A DNA stretch of 38,406 nucleotides from an uncultured Opitutia bacterium. Lineage in GTDB: Bacteria; Verrucomicrobiota; Verrucomicrobiia; Opitutales; Opitutaceae. The stretch lies in NCBI GenBank assembly GCA_903925425.1, contig CAIYFD010000313.1, positions 1 through 38,406 of the forward strand. Reading direction: 5' to 3'. Within the stretch, counting starts at the first letter, position 1. Every line of letters begins with the position of its first letter. The notes under the pieces are model-generated. The model had not been told where the DNA came from. It did not search any database and was given only the letters and a program-made list of their open reading frames with translations. The translations under genes and the position numbers were made by a program. This document shows, piece after piece, positions 1 to 8,488 of this stretch.

Positions 1-105
1 CCGGGCCCGTCGGCTTGGCATACTGTTCATCATATCGGTGAAAAGTCGGCACCGCCGACGGGTCTCCGGGTTGTTTTTGGCGGGTGAATTGTTTTCGCTG
101 GCGGG

Positions 106-600
106 GTGAATGCCGAGGCTGCCCAAGTGATCGCGCGTCATGGGCTCCAGCCCCTGCCGAAGGAGGGCGGTTTTTTCCGGCGCACCTGGACCAGCTCAGA
201 AACGGTGCGGGGATCGCCGGGCCGTCCGGCGGGCACCGCGATTCTCTACCTGATGACCGCCGGCGACTTCTCGGCGCTGCATGTCCTGGATGCCGACGAG
301 CTCTGGCGATACCAATCAGGCGATCCGGTGGAGCATGTGCGCCTCGATCCCCGGTCCGGCACGGTTCAGTCCGTCGTGCTCGGTTTCGATGTCAGCGCGG
401 GTCACGTCTCCCAACTGGTGGTGCCGGCGGGCGTGTGGCAGGGGGCCCGACCCCTGTCGGGCGGGGTCCGGGGCTGGTCGCTGGTGGCCGCCACCTGCAC
501 GCCGGGCTGGGATGATGCGGGTTTTGTCCTCGGCGACCCGCGGGAGTTGGGCGCGACATTTCCCGGCGCCGCGGATGGGATCCGGAAGTTTTCGCGATGA
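106..600 (+). CDS. Cupin-fold protein, DUF985 family
   Basis: 164-aa ORF with a GTG start. The N-terminal L.PLPKEGGFFRRTW motif and overall length match DUF985 cupins. Confidence 0.7.
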   Translation: MNAEAAQVIARHGLQPLPKEGGFFRRTWTSSETVRGSPGRPAGTAILYLMTAGDFSALHVLDADELWRYQSGDPVEHVRLDPRSGTVQSVVLGFDVSAGHVSQLVVPAGVWQGARPLSGGVRGWSLVAATCTPGWDDAGFVLGDPRELGATFPGAADGIRKFSR

Positions 601-639
601 TTTTTTGACAGCGCCGGACCGAACCGGCACGGTCTGGCC

Positions 640-1275
640 ATGCCTCTCGCGGACCTTAGGAAAGACTACACGCTTGCCGGGCTGGCGGAGAAGGACCTCG
701 CGAAGGACCCCTTCCGCCAGTTCGAGAAATGGTTCCAGGAGGCGCTGGCCGCGAAGGTCCCCGAGCCCAACGCGACCGTGCTGTCGACCGCCGCGCGCGA
801 CGGTACCCCCTCGGGGCGCATTGTCCTGCTCAAGGGCATCGATGGCCGGGGTTTTGTCTTTTTCACCAGTTACGAGAGCCGCAAGGGCCGCGAGCTCGAG
901 GCCAACCCGCGGGCGAGCCTCGTCTTTCCGTGGATCACGCAGGAGCGCCAGGTCATCGTTGAGGGCGCGGTGGCGAAGGTGACGCGCGAGGAGAGTGAGG
1001 CGTATTTCCACTCGCGGCCCGTCGCCAGCCAGCTTGGGGCCTGGGCCTCGCAGCAGAGCGCCATCATCCCGGGGCGCGCGGGGTTGGAGGACAACCTGAA
1101 GGCGCTCGAGAAAAAGTACGCGGGGAGCGAGGTGCCCGTGCCGCCGCATTGGGGCGGGTACCGGCTCGTGCCGCAGTCCGTGGAATTCTGGCAGGGGCGC
1201 CGCAGTCGGTTGCACGACCGGCTCCGCTATCGTCGGACGGACGACGGCTGGGTGATCGAGCGGCTCAGCCCCTGA
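640..1275 (+). CDS. pdxH: Pyridoxamine 5'-phosphate oxidase
   Basis: 211 aa with an ATG start. Full-length PdxH-like sequence (LRKDYT...; C-terminal [16 protein letters not shown]...W.IERLSP). Confidence 0.9.
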   Translation: MPLADLRKDYTLAGLAEKDLAKDPFRQFEKWFQEALAAKVPEPNATVLSTAARDGTPSGRIVLLKGIDGRGFVFFTSYESRKGRELEANPRASLVFPWITQERQVIVEGAVAKVTREESEAYFHSRPVASQLGAWASQQSAIIPGRAGLEDNLKALEKKYAGSEVPVPPHWGGYRLVPQSVEFWQGRRSRLHDRLRYRRTDDGWVIERLSP

Positions 1276-1279
1276 ACCG

Positions 1280-1828
1280 ATGCCTGGCGCCAAAGCCGCG
1301 AAGCGGGGTAAAAAGAAACCGGCGGCGCCCGCCCGCCGGGACTCCTTCCAGCTGTTCCTGATTCGCCACGCGCAGGCGGTGGAGGTCACGGTGAGCCCGA
1401 CCCGGCCGTTGAGCCTAAAGGGGCGGAGGCAAGCGGCGCTGCTCGCCCGGTTTCTCAAGCGCAACGGGGCGCTGGAGATCGAGGAGATGTGGCACAGCCC
1501 GCTCGTGCGCTCGGTGGAAACGGCCGGAATTCTCGGCCGCGATCTTGGCTTGAAGGCACCTTGCCTGGAGGTGGCGGGGATCGAGCCCTTTGATGCCCCG
1601 GAGCCGATGGTCAAACGCATCGCGGCGTTTGGCCGCAACCTCGCGGTGGTGGGTCATGAGCCGCAGCTCAGCGCGCTGGCCGGGCGGCTGCTCGGCGGCG
1701 CGAAGGCCCCGACGCCGATTGAAATGAAGAAAGGCGCCTGCCTCGCGCTCGAGTGGACGCCCGAAGGCTGGCGGATCTGCTGGCTGATCACGCCGAAGCT
1801 GCTGACCAGAAAATCGCCGCGGGACTGA
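1280..1828 (+). CDS. Histidine phosphatase family protein (SixA-like phosphohistidine phosphatase)
   Basis: 182 aa. Catalytic LIRHAQA (RHG-type) motif near the N-terminus and a downstream VGHEP motif. Lies 4 nt after pdxH. The exact start is uncertain because of a Lys-rich leader. Confidence 0.7.
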   Translation: MPGAKAAKRGKKKPAAPARRDSFQLFLIRHAQAVEVTVSPTRPLSLKGRRQAALLARFLKRNGALEIEEMWHSPLVRSVETAGILGRDLGLKAPCLEVAGIEPFDAPEPMVKRIAAFGRNLAVVGHEPQLSALAGRLLGGAKAPTPIEMKKGACLALEWTPEGWRICWLITPKLLTRKSPRD

Positions 1829-1829
1829 G

Positions 1830-2678
1830 TCAGTTCTCCCGGACCCAGATGTTGCGGAAGCTATTGGGCGGGCTGGGGTCGCCGTGGGTCTGCAGCTTGA
1901 TCGGGGCGGAGTCGTATTTCTTGTAGACGGGCGGGCCGACAAAAAGCGTCTCGCCCTTGAGCTCGACGTTGTTCTGCACGACGACTCCGTTGAACAGCAG
2001 GGTGACGCGCGCGAGGGTCTTGACCGCGCCGTCTTCGTTGAAGGTCGGCGCGATCCAGGCGATGTCGTAGACGTTCCACTCGCCGGCGGGGCGGGACGGA
2101 TTGGCGAGCGGGATGAACTGCTTGTAGATACTCCCGGCCATGCCGTTGGCGTAGGTCTTGTTCTCGTAGGAATCGAGGATCTGCAGCTCGTAGCCGGCGT
2201 CGCCCATGCCGGTGGAGGCGAGGAACACGCCGCTGTTGCCGCGGGACTGGTCGGTGCCGGTGATGTTGGCCGGGACGCGCCACTCGAGGTGCAGCTGGTA
2301 GTTCTTGAAGAGGCGCTTCGTTTCGATGTTGGAGCGGACCGTCTTGTTCACGGTCAGCTCGCCGTTGGCGACGGTCCAAGAGACCGGCTTCTTATCGGTC
2401 GTGTTCACCCATTCGTCGGTGTTCTTCCCGTCGAAGAGAACGAAGGCGTCCGAAGGCGGGGGCGCCGACACGAACGGGCCCGGGGTGACCTTCTTCGGCT
2501 GGGGCTCCCAGACCTCGGTGTCAGCGGCGACGGGCCGGCGCGGCGCGGCTGGGGCCGTAGCTGCGGGAGCGGCCGGTGCGCCGGAGTTGGCCGGCGCGGG
2601 CGCCTGCGCCTGCAGGTGAAGGGAGAATGGGAGGCCGAGCGCGAGGGCCAGAACACGGAGGGGGAGGTTCGTTTTCAT
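1830..2678 (-). CDS. Secreted DUF1080 protein (3-keto-disaccharide hydrolase family)
   Basis: 282 aa with an ATG start. Signal peptide MKTNLPLRVLALALGLPFSLHLQAQA, a Pro/Ala linker, then a DUF1080-like body (FDGKNTDEW..., NSGVFL..., YELQILDS..., FNGVVVQNNVEL, IKLQTHG). Confidence 0.8.
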   Translation of the reverse strand: MKTNLPLRVLALALGLPFSLHLQAQAPAPANSGAPAAPAATAPAAPRRPVAADTEVWEPQPKKVTPGPFVSAPPPSDAFVLFDGKNTDEWVNTTDKKPVSWTVANGELTVNKTVRSNIETKRLFKNYQLHLEWRVPANITGTDQSRGNSGVFLASTGMGDAGYELQILDSYENKTYANGMAGSIYKQFIPLANPSRPAGEWNVYDIAWIAPTFNEDGAVKTLARVTLLFNGVVVQNNVELKGETLFVGPPVYKKYDSAPIKLQTHGDPSPPNSFRNIWVREN

Positions 2679-2697
2679 CGGTGGGGCGGGGTGGATT

Positions 2698-4842
2698 TCA
2701 GGGATTCGCGAGCTGATTGAGATAGGCGAGGATGGCGTCCCATTGCGCGTGGGCGTCGCCGTCGAGGATTCCGGTTTGGAGGCTGCGCCCGGGTTCTCCG
2801 GTGAAGCGGGGCATCTTGGTCAGGGGGTCGATGCGCTGCGGATTGTCGAGCCAGCGACGGTAATACTCGTCACGGAGCCGGCTGGGAACGAGGGGAAAAT
2901 TAATCCCGGGCGCCCCGAACGGAGCGGCGGCGGGCGTGGGGCCGGCCGCATGGCAGGCCACGCAACCAAAGAACTCAGCGCTGACCAATCGCTCGCCGAC
3001 CGCGGCCAGATCGGGATCAAGTTTCGGAGCGGGCGCGAGGCCCGGCAACAGGCCGTGCTCGAGAGCGAGTCCGTGCGCGATGCCTTCGGCCCTCGTCCCG
3101 AACCCGGGCATTTTTACTTTCAACCACGGCCGGGCTCGCTCGGACACCGTGCCGCTCAGCAGGCGGAGGAGCGCATCGGCCTGAAGTTTTTCCCCGGCCC
3201 ACGTGAGTGACGGGGGATCCTGCGAGAGCGACTGCCCTTCCGCTTCGACCTCGACCGTTCCGGAGCGTTTGCCCAGGGCCAGTGCTTCCTCGGTGAAGGC
3301 GGTGAAGCCCGCAGCTTGGCCGTCGCGATCGTGGCAGGCGTTGCAACGCAGGGCGGTAAAGGTGCGTCGGGCGAACTCGACCGGGGCATCCTGCGCGAGG
3401 GCGCTCACGCCCACCGCGGCGAACGCCCGGAGATGGTCGCGCTGTGTCTCATCGAGCCCGAAATCCGGGGCGGCCCCGCGCGCGGCCGGCGTCGCGCCAA
3501 GGCATCCGGCGGTCCAGTTGCGCTCCAGCAACGCGGTGAACGTGGGACGTGCGGTCGTCCGGCTCAAGTTCACCGGGGAAGGCGCGCCATGGCAGTCATA
3601 GCAGCCGACAGCAGGCGTGTCATAGTATAAGGTCCGTCCGCGACTGGCATCGCCGGCTACCGCGGTCGGCGCAGGATTGGGGCTGGCGAGCAGGAAGGCC
3701 GCAAGCTGCCGCGCGTCGCCGGCGGACAAACGGAAATCCGGCATGCGCGAGGCCGGATAGTTTTTCTGCGGAGCCTGGAGATATTCCGCGAGTGCGGCGG
3801 GCTGCCATTTTGCCGGCACCGCGGCGAGACTCACCCGGCCGGCGGGGGCGGCCGTGCCGGGCGGGGTGTGGCAGGCATTGCAGCGCAGCTCGGCGAAGAG
3901 GCGGCCGCCACCGTTGACCAGCGCGGCCGCGGCCGGCGCGGGCGCTGGGGGCGGCGTGCCCAGCGAAGCGAGGAAGGCCGCGATGTCATTGGCATCTTGG
4001 GGCGAGCCGAGAGGCACGCGCGGCATGCGGGCGTCGGGGCGCTGGGCCTTGGGATCGAGAATCCACGCTGCGATCCAGGATTCGCGAAACCGGGGACCCG
4101 CTTCCGCCAGGGAGGGAGGCTGGTCCTGCAGCTCTGGCACGCCGAGCGGCAGCTGGGCTTCACCGGCGCGGATGGTGCCGGGGGGATTACCGAGATGGCA
4201 CTTGATGCAATTCAGCTCGGCAAAAAGCTCCCGGCCCGCGCGGATGCGGCTGGCCTCGCGCAAGGCAATCCCGGCCGTGTCGGCGGTGAGCACGGCGGGC
4301 GGCACCGGCTCGGCGCCGAATCCCTTGCCTGACCAGATGAGCCGGAAACTCGCGTCCCCGTTTTGCATCGGACTCGTGTATGCGACTTGGATTCGGTTCG
4401 CGCCCTTGTTGAGCACGACGGTGACGGCCGGCTTTGCTCCTAGTGCGGCTCCGGTTTCGGTCAGCACGGCCTGCCCGTTCACGGTGAGCGTCGCGGTGCC
4501 CTGGCCCTCGAAGGCAAAGGCGTACTCGGCCCGCAGGGGAATGGTCAGGCTCGCTTCCCACGTGGCGCGGAACGGCCCGGCGGACAGCAATGAACTCGGC
4601 GGTGTGCCGCCCGGGACCGCGAGCGCGATGAGGCGGTCGCGGCGGACGTCGCTTTTCCCTGTGGCGGTGGAGGTGAAGGTGACGACCACCCCGGGTTCGG
4701 GATGGGCCGCCTCGGTCGCGAGGGGGCGGGGCTGCGGGGCCGCGTGGAGGACGGGGATCCCGGCGCCATGGACGAATGACGTCAGCACGACGGCGACGGC
4801 GAAGAGCCGGGCCCCGGCAATATGTAGTCGGGGTTCCCTCAC
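2698..4842 (-). CDS. Secreted multi-haem c-type cytochrome (five CxxCH motifs)
   Basis: Five CxxCH motifs are read directly: CIKCH, CNACH, CYDCH, CNACH, CVACH. The 958-aa track ORF runs upstream into the neighbouring gene in a different frame. A signal peptide (REPRLHIAGARLFAVAVVLTSFVHGAG) follows an in-frame GTG at 4842. An alternative GTG lies at 4872, so the start is uncertain. Confidence 0.75.
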   Translation of the reverse strand: MREPRLHIAGARLFAVAVVLTSFVHGAGIPVLHAAPQPRPLATEAAHPEPGVVVTFTSTATGKSDVRRDRLIALAVPGGTPPSSLLSAGPFRATWEASLTIPLRAEYAFAFEGQGTATLTVNGQAVLTETGAALGAKPAVTVVLNKGANRIQVAYTSPMQNGDASFRLIWSGKGFGAEPVPPAVLTADTAGIALREASRIRAGRELFAELNCIKCHLGNPPGTIRAGEAQLPLGVPELQDQPPSLAEAGPRFRESWIAAWILDPKAQRPDARMPRVPLGSPQDANDIAAFLASLGTPPPAPAPAAAALVNGGGRLFAELRCNACHTPPGTAAPAGRVSLAAVPAKWQPAALAEYLQAPQKNYPASRMPDFRLSAGDARQLAAFLLASPNPAPTAVAGDASRGRTLYYDTPAVGCYDCHGAPSPVNLSRTTARPTFTALLERNWTAGCLGATPAARGAAPDFGLDETQRDHLRAFAAVGVSALAQDAPVEFARRTFTALRCNACHDRDGQAAGFTAFTEEALALGKRSGTVEVEAEGQSLSQDPPSLTWAGEKLQADALLRLLSGTVSERARPWLKVKMPGFGTRAEGIAHGLALEHGLLPGLAPAPKLDPDLAAVGERLVSAEFFGCVACHAAGPTPAAAPFGAPGINFPLVPSRLRDEYYRRWLDNPQRIDPLTKMPRFTGEPGRSLQTGILDGDAHAQWDAILAYLNQLANP

Positions 4843-4884
4843 CCCGAATCGAGCAACTCCGGGTGAGGGCACCCGGACTACATA
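4821..4884 (-). promoter_or_regulatory. Long intercistronic stem-loop between the dehydrogenase and cytochrome genes
   Basis: tatgtagtcggggttccctcaccc (4821-4844) pairs with gggtgagggcacccggactacata (4861-4884) at 22 of 24 positions, with a 16-nt loop. The structure begins 12 nt after the upstream stop codon and contains both candidate GTG starts of the cytochrome gene. Confidence 0.6.
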
Positions 4885-4895
4885 GGGTCTCCGAT

Positions 4896-7559
4896 TCACA
4901 GCGCGGGCACGTGGGCGACGGTGTTGTGGATCTCGGCCTCGAGTGGCCGGCCGGCGGCGGTGTTGATGGTGAAGTTCACCTTCATCTGCATGACCGGCTT
5001 GATGCCCGGGATCTCGAGAAAGAGGGTGCGGCCGTCGGCCGAGAGCTGGACGGATTTCACGTCCACCGAATCGTGTTCCTGTTTGGTGGGGTCCTTGACC
5101 GAGTATTCCGCGGAGCCGTAGCTGGAGGTCCACTTGTAGTTCCACTGCTCCACCGCAAAATTCTGCAGGTCGGTGGCGGATTTCCGTTCGAGCGGAACGG
5201 TGAAGTCGATTTGGAGTCCGCCCGCCACCACATGAAGCTGCGCCGGCATCTCCACGTCCTTGCCGGTGTAGCGGACGCGCTGGAAGGCGCCGTCGCGCAC
5301 CGCGGTGGTCTGCCAGCCCTTCAGGCCGCAGAGGTAGAGCTGGCCGTCGACGGCGTTGAACCGTGCGCGCATCACGCCGGTGTCGACCGTGAGCGGGAAG
5401 CGGAACACGCCGCCCTGGTTCAGGCCCCCGGAGACCTCGCGCATGACGAGGAACAGGGAGGTCTTGCCATAGGATGTATAGATCAAGCCTCCGCCAAAGG
5501 GACCCCAGCGGTTGTTGTTGGGCACCCAGGCCTGGCCGCCGCCGGAGTTGTCGATGGTGCCGTGGGGCAGCCACATGATGGGATTACCATAGTTGTCGGG
5601 TGGCACCGCGCGCTGCGCAAGATCGACGACGCCGAGGAAGTCGCCTTGCTTGACGAGGTTAAGGCGGTCGGCGGGCGTCCAGGTGCCCTCGTTGTCGGCG
5701 AGGGTAAGCTCGTCATTCGGTCCGATGCCCATGCCGTTCGGCGCGCGCACGCCGGTGGCAAAGATGTCGAGCTTCGCGCCGTCGGCCGAAACCCGCAGGA
5801 CCGTGCCGGTGTGCGGGGTGATCACCTGCCAGCCGCGGCCGCCGGGAGCGACGGCGCCGCCCTTGGCGAAATAGAAATTGCCGGCGCGGTCCGTTTGGAG
5901 ATCGAGCGCGAACTCATGGAACGAAGGCGACACGATGACGTCGTGGTTGAAGCTCTCGTAGAAGTCCGCCTCGCCGTCGCCGTTCAGATCCTTCAGGCGC
6001 GTGATGCCGTCGCGGCCGAGCACGTACACCTCGTCCTTCACGATGCGGAGGCCGAGCGGCTGGAAGAGGCCGGTTGCGAAACGCTTCCACGTGAGGGATT
6101 CGAGTTTCTCGTCGATGCCCGAGACGATCCAGACATCGCCGCTCCACGTGGTGATGGCAGCGCGATGGCCGTCGGCGAAGAAGTCGAAGCCGCCGAAGCG
6201 CATCCAGGAGAAGTACGGGTTGTTGTCGGGCGCGGTGATGGTGTCCACGGTGTAGGCCCCGTCAGGCGTGGTGCTGGTGCCGAGCTGGCCCTTGGTGACG
6301 ATCTTCTCGTTCCAGCGCGAGGGACCGCCCTGTTGCGAAAGCGCGAGGTCGGGAGCGGGCGGGGCGGACTTGAGCCAGGCGTTGAAGGCGGTCTGCGTCT
6401 CCGGGACGATCTGGGTGACGGCGACCGTGAACGTGGCGCCGTCGGGCAGGACGGGCAGGCGGAGCGCCATGCGGCCGGCCTGGACATCGAACTGCATGCC
6501 CTCGACCGCGCCGATCAGGCCGGCGACGGTCCGGACCTCGGAGGCGGCGGGGATGCGGACCATGCCGATGGTCAGGCCGGCGTCCTTGGGCGTTTCCCCC
6601 ACGGGTTCCGTGGTGGGGCTCACGTCCGCGATGAGGAGCGACCGCTGCAGGGTGCTCGGCCCAACCTTGAACGTGCGGGTGAAAACCGGGGTGCCGTCGG
6701 CGAGCTTCGCCAGGCCCGGGGATTCCAGGACCTCGGTGTCGCCCACGGTGTAGGACACGACGACGCGATCGCCGTTGAGATAAAGGCCTCGGTATTTACC
6801 GGTGGCTGCGGGGAGAGGGCCGAACGGTTTTTCCCGGGGATCGGTGAAGGTGGGGCGCGCTGCGCCGGCGACCCAGCCCGGGACGGCGGCGGTGGCAAAA
6901 CTGAGGCGGCCGGCCGGCACGGGGTTGGGCCCGTGGACGCCGTTGAAGGCCACGCCGGTCAGGGTGAGAAAGCCATCGGTCCAGCCCGCGGACCAACGGA
7001 GGAGATCCGTGTCGAAGAGCATCGCGCCCTCTCCGGCGGCGCCGAGCTTGATGGCGATGCCCTTGTTGGTCGTGTTGCCCTGCGGCCAGCGCGCGACGAT
7101 GGTGGCGGACAGGAACGGGCCGTAGTCGATCGCCTGGGCCTTGCTGGAGCTGAGGAGGGTCGCGGCCGACATGCCCGTGATCGAGCCGGCCGGCGTGCGT
7201 TGCACCACGACCGCGACTTGGTCCGGGGCGAGCTTGTCGGGTGAGCGCTGCAACCGGGCAAAGGAATCGGCCCGGGCGAGGGCGAGCGCGCGTTCCGCGG
7301 TGGCGAGGGCCTCGGCTTTCGCGGTGATCGCCGCCGGATCACCCGGGATGAGGAGGGAGGCCTCGGTCAGCGCGGTGCGGGCGTTAACCACGGACTGCAA
7401 CGGGACCGCGACGTCCTGATCGAGCGCGTTGGTCAGGCCCAGCGTCTGTGCCGAGGTGACATTGGGGATGGGCGGGCGGGCGGCGGCTTGGGCGAGGACG
7501 GAATTCGCGCCAAGGCTGCACGAAACCACGGTAACGATGACGAAGGCAGGAATCTTCAT
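4896..7559 (-). CDS. Secreted PVC-type membrane-bound-dehydrogenase-domain / glucose-sorbosone-dehydrogenase-like beta-propeller protein
   Basis: An internal ATG at 7559 gives the signal peptide MKIPAFVIVTVVSCSLGANSVLAQA. The central region shows propeller-like repeats (DGHRAAITTWSGDVWIV, DLNGDGEADFYESF, GNFYFAKGG, RAPNGMGIGPNDELTLADNEGTW). The protein has no CxxCH of its own. Confidence 0.7.
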   Translation of the reverse strand: MKIPAFVIVTVVSCSLGANSVLAQAAARPPIPNVTSAQTLGLTNALDQDVAVPLQSVVNARTALTEASLLIPGDPAAITAKAEALATAERALALARADSFARLQRSPDKLAPDQVAVVVQRTPAGSITGMSAATLLSSSKAQAIDYGPFLSATIVARWPQGNTTNKGIAIKLGAAGEGAMLFDTDLLRWSAGWTDGFLTLTGVAFNGVHGPNPVPAGRLSFATAAVPGWVAGAARPTFTDPREKPFGPLPAATGKYRGLYLNGDRVVVSYTVGDTEVLESPGLAKLADGTPVFTRTFKVGPSTLQRSLLIADVSPTTEPVGETPKDAGLTIGMVRIPAASEVRTVAGLIGAVEGMQFDVQAGRMALRLPVLPDGATFTVAVTQIVPETQTAFNAWLKSAPPAPDLALSQQGGPSRWNEKIVTKGQLGTSTTPDGAYTVDTITAPDNNPYFSWMRFGGFDFFADGHRAAITTWSGDVWIVSGIDEKLESLTWKRFATGLFQPLGLRIVKDEVYVLGRDGITRLKDLNGDGEADFYESFNHDVIVSPSFHEFALDLQTDRAGNFYFAKGGAVAPGGRGWQVITPHTGTVLRVSADGAKLDIFATGVRAPNGMGIGPNDELTLADNEGTWTPADRLNLVKQGDFLGVVDLAQRAVPPDNYGNPIMWLPHGTIDNSGGGQAWVPNNNRWGPFGGGLIYTSYGKTSLFLVMREVSGGLNQGGVFRFPLTVDTGVMRARFNAVDGQLYLCGLKGWQTTAVRDGAFQRVRYTGKDVEMPAQLHVVAGGLQIDFTVPLERKSATDLQNFAVEQWNYKWTSSYGSAEYSVKDPTKQEHDSVDVKSVQLSADGRTLFLEIPGIKPVMQMKVNFTINTAAGRPLEAEIHNTVAHVPAL

Positions 7560-7755
7560 GGGTAATAAAGGCTCGCCGTTCGGCGGCCACAGGGCCGGCG
7601 GACAGGCAGGGCTGCTACAATCGGAGGGGGTGGATCCATGAGGATTTTTCCGGCCTCGGGCGTCAACCGCTAACCCGGGGAAGAGCGCGCCCGGCGCCGC
7701 CTGAACCTTGCAGACGAAACTTGGCAACGGCGCCGGGCTGCACTGCCTTGGAGCG

Positions 7756-8469
7756 GTGACGGCCCATCTTCAGCTCCTTCCCACCCGCTCCGGCTCGGCG
7801 GCCGAGAACATGGCGCTGGATTTTCTCCTGCTGCAGCGCTTCCCCGAGCCGCAGATCGCACGTTTCCGCCACTACGGCTGGCACCGGCCGGCCTTCACCT
7901 TCGGTTACTCGCAAAAGATCGCGGCGATCCGGGCCAGCTTGCCGGCGGGCGAGAGGTTCGACCTCTGCCGGCGTCCGACGGGCGGCGGGCTGGTCGACCA
8001 CCGCGACGACTGGACCTATTCGCTTGTGATCCCGCGGGGACACCCGCTGGAGGAGCAGCCCGCCCCGCACAGTTATCGCCTCATTCATGAGGCCCTCGCC
8101 GTGGCGCTGCGCGCGCAGGGCGTAGCGGCCGCGGTGAAATCCGCGCCCGACGAGGATGCGGCCGGACCGGCGGGAATCTGTTTTGAGCGCGCCGAGAAAT
8201 CCGACGTGGTGCGGGCATCCGACGGGGCGAAGATCGCGGGCGCCGCGCAGAAGCGGAACAAGCACGGCCTGCTTTTCCAGGGTTCTCTCTGGCGGCCCGC
8301 GGCCGGCGCGGCGGTGGATTGGGATCAATTCCACGGCGATTTTGCCGCCCAGCTCGCCACGGTCATGGGCCTCGCCGCCGCGCCGGCGCCGTGGCCGGAG
8401 CTCAACGAGGAAGAAGTCACCGGCCTGACCGAGCGCTACGAGTCCCCCGAGTGGCTGGAGCAGCGGTGA
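7756..8469 (+). CDS. Biotin/lipoate A/B protein ligase family protein (lipoate-protein ligase-like)
   Basis: N-terminal SGSAAENMALDFLLL, then RHYGW.RPAFTFGYSQ, GGGLVDH and KIAGAAQKRNKHGLLFQGS motifs typical of the BPL_LplA_LipB family. The start is either GTG 7756 or TTG 7708. Confidence 0.7.
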   Translation: MTAHLQLLPTRSGSAAENMALDFLLLQRFPEPQIARFRHYGWHRPAFTFGYSQKIAAIRASLPAGERFDLCRRPTGGGLVDHRDDWTYSLVIPRGHPLEEQPAPHSYRLIHEALAVALRAQGVAAAVKSAPDEDAAGPAGICFERAEKSDVVRASDGAKIAGAAQKRNKHGLLFQGSLWRPAAGAAVDWDQFHGDFAAQLATVMGLAAAPAPWPELNEEEVTGLTERYESPEWLEQR

Positions 8470-8488
8470 GCGCTGCCGGGTGCTGGGC

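Noticed and set aside
4843-5574. Upstream extension of the cytochrome ORF (958-aa version)
   Set aside because: It overlaps the 3' end of the well-supported propeller gene in another frame and translates to Arg/His-rich nonsense. A signal peptide begins right after the in-frame GTG at 4842.
4776-7244. 822-aa + strand ORF. Similar long antisense ORFs lie at 8642-10210, 20116-21792, 22787-25066, 31957-33822, 34828-36258 and 36331-37731
   Set aside because: All are antisense to genes with strong family signatures. Their composition is Gly/Arg/Asp/Ala-rich with no motifs. They are typical shadow ORFs of GC-rich DNA.
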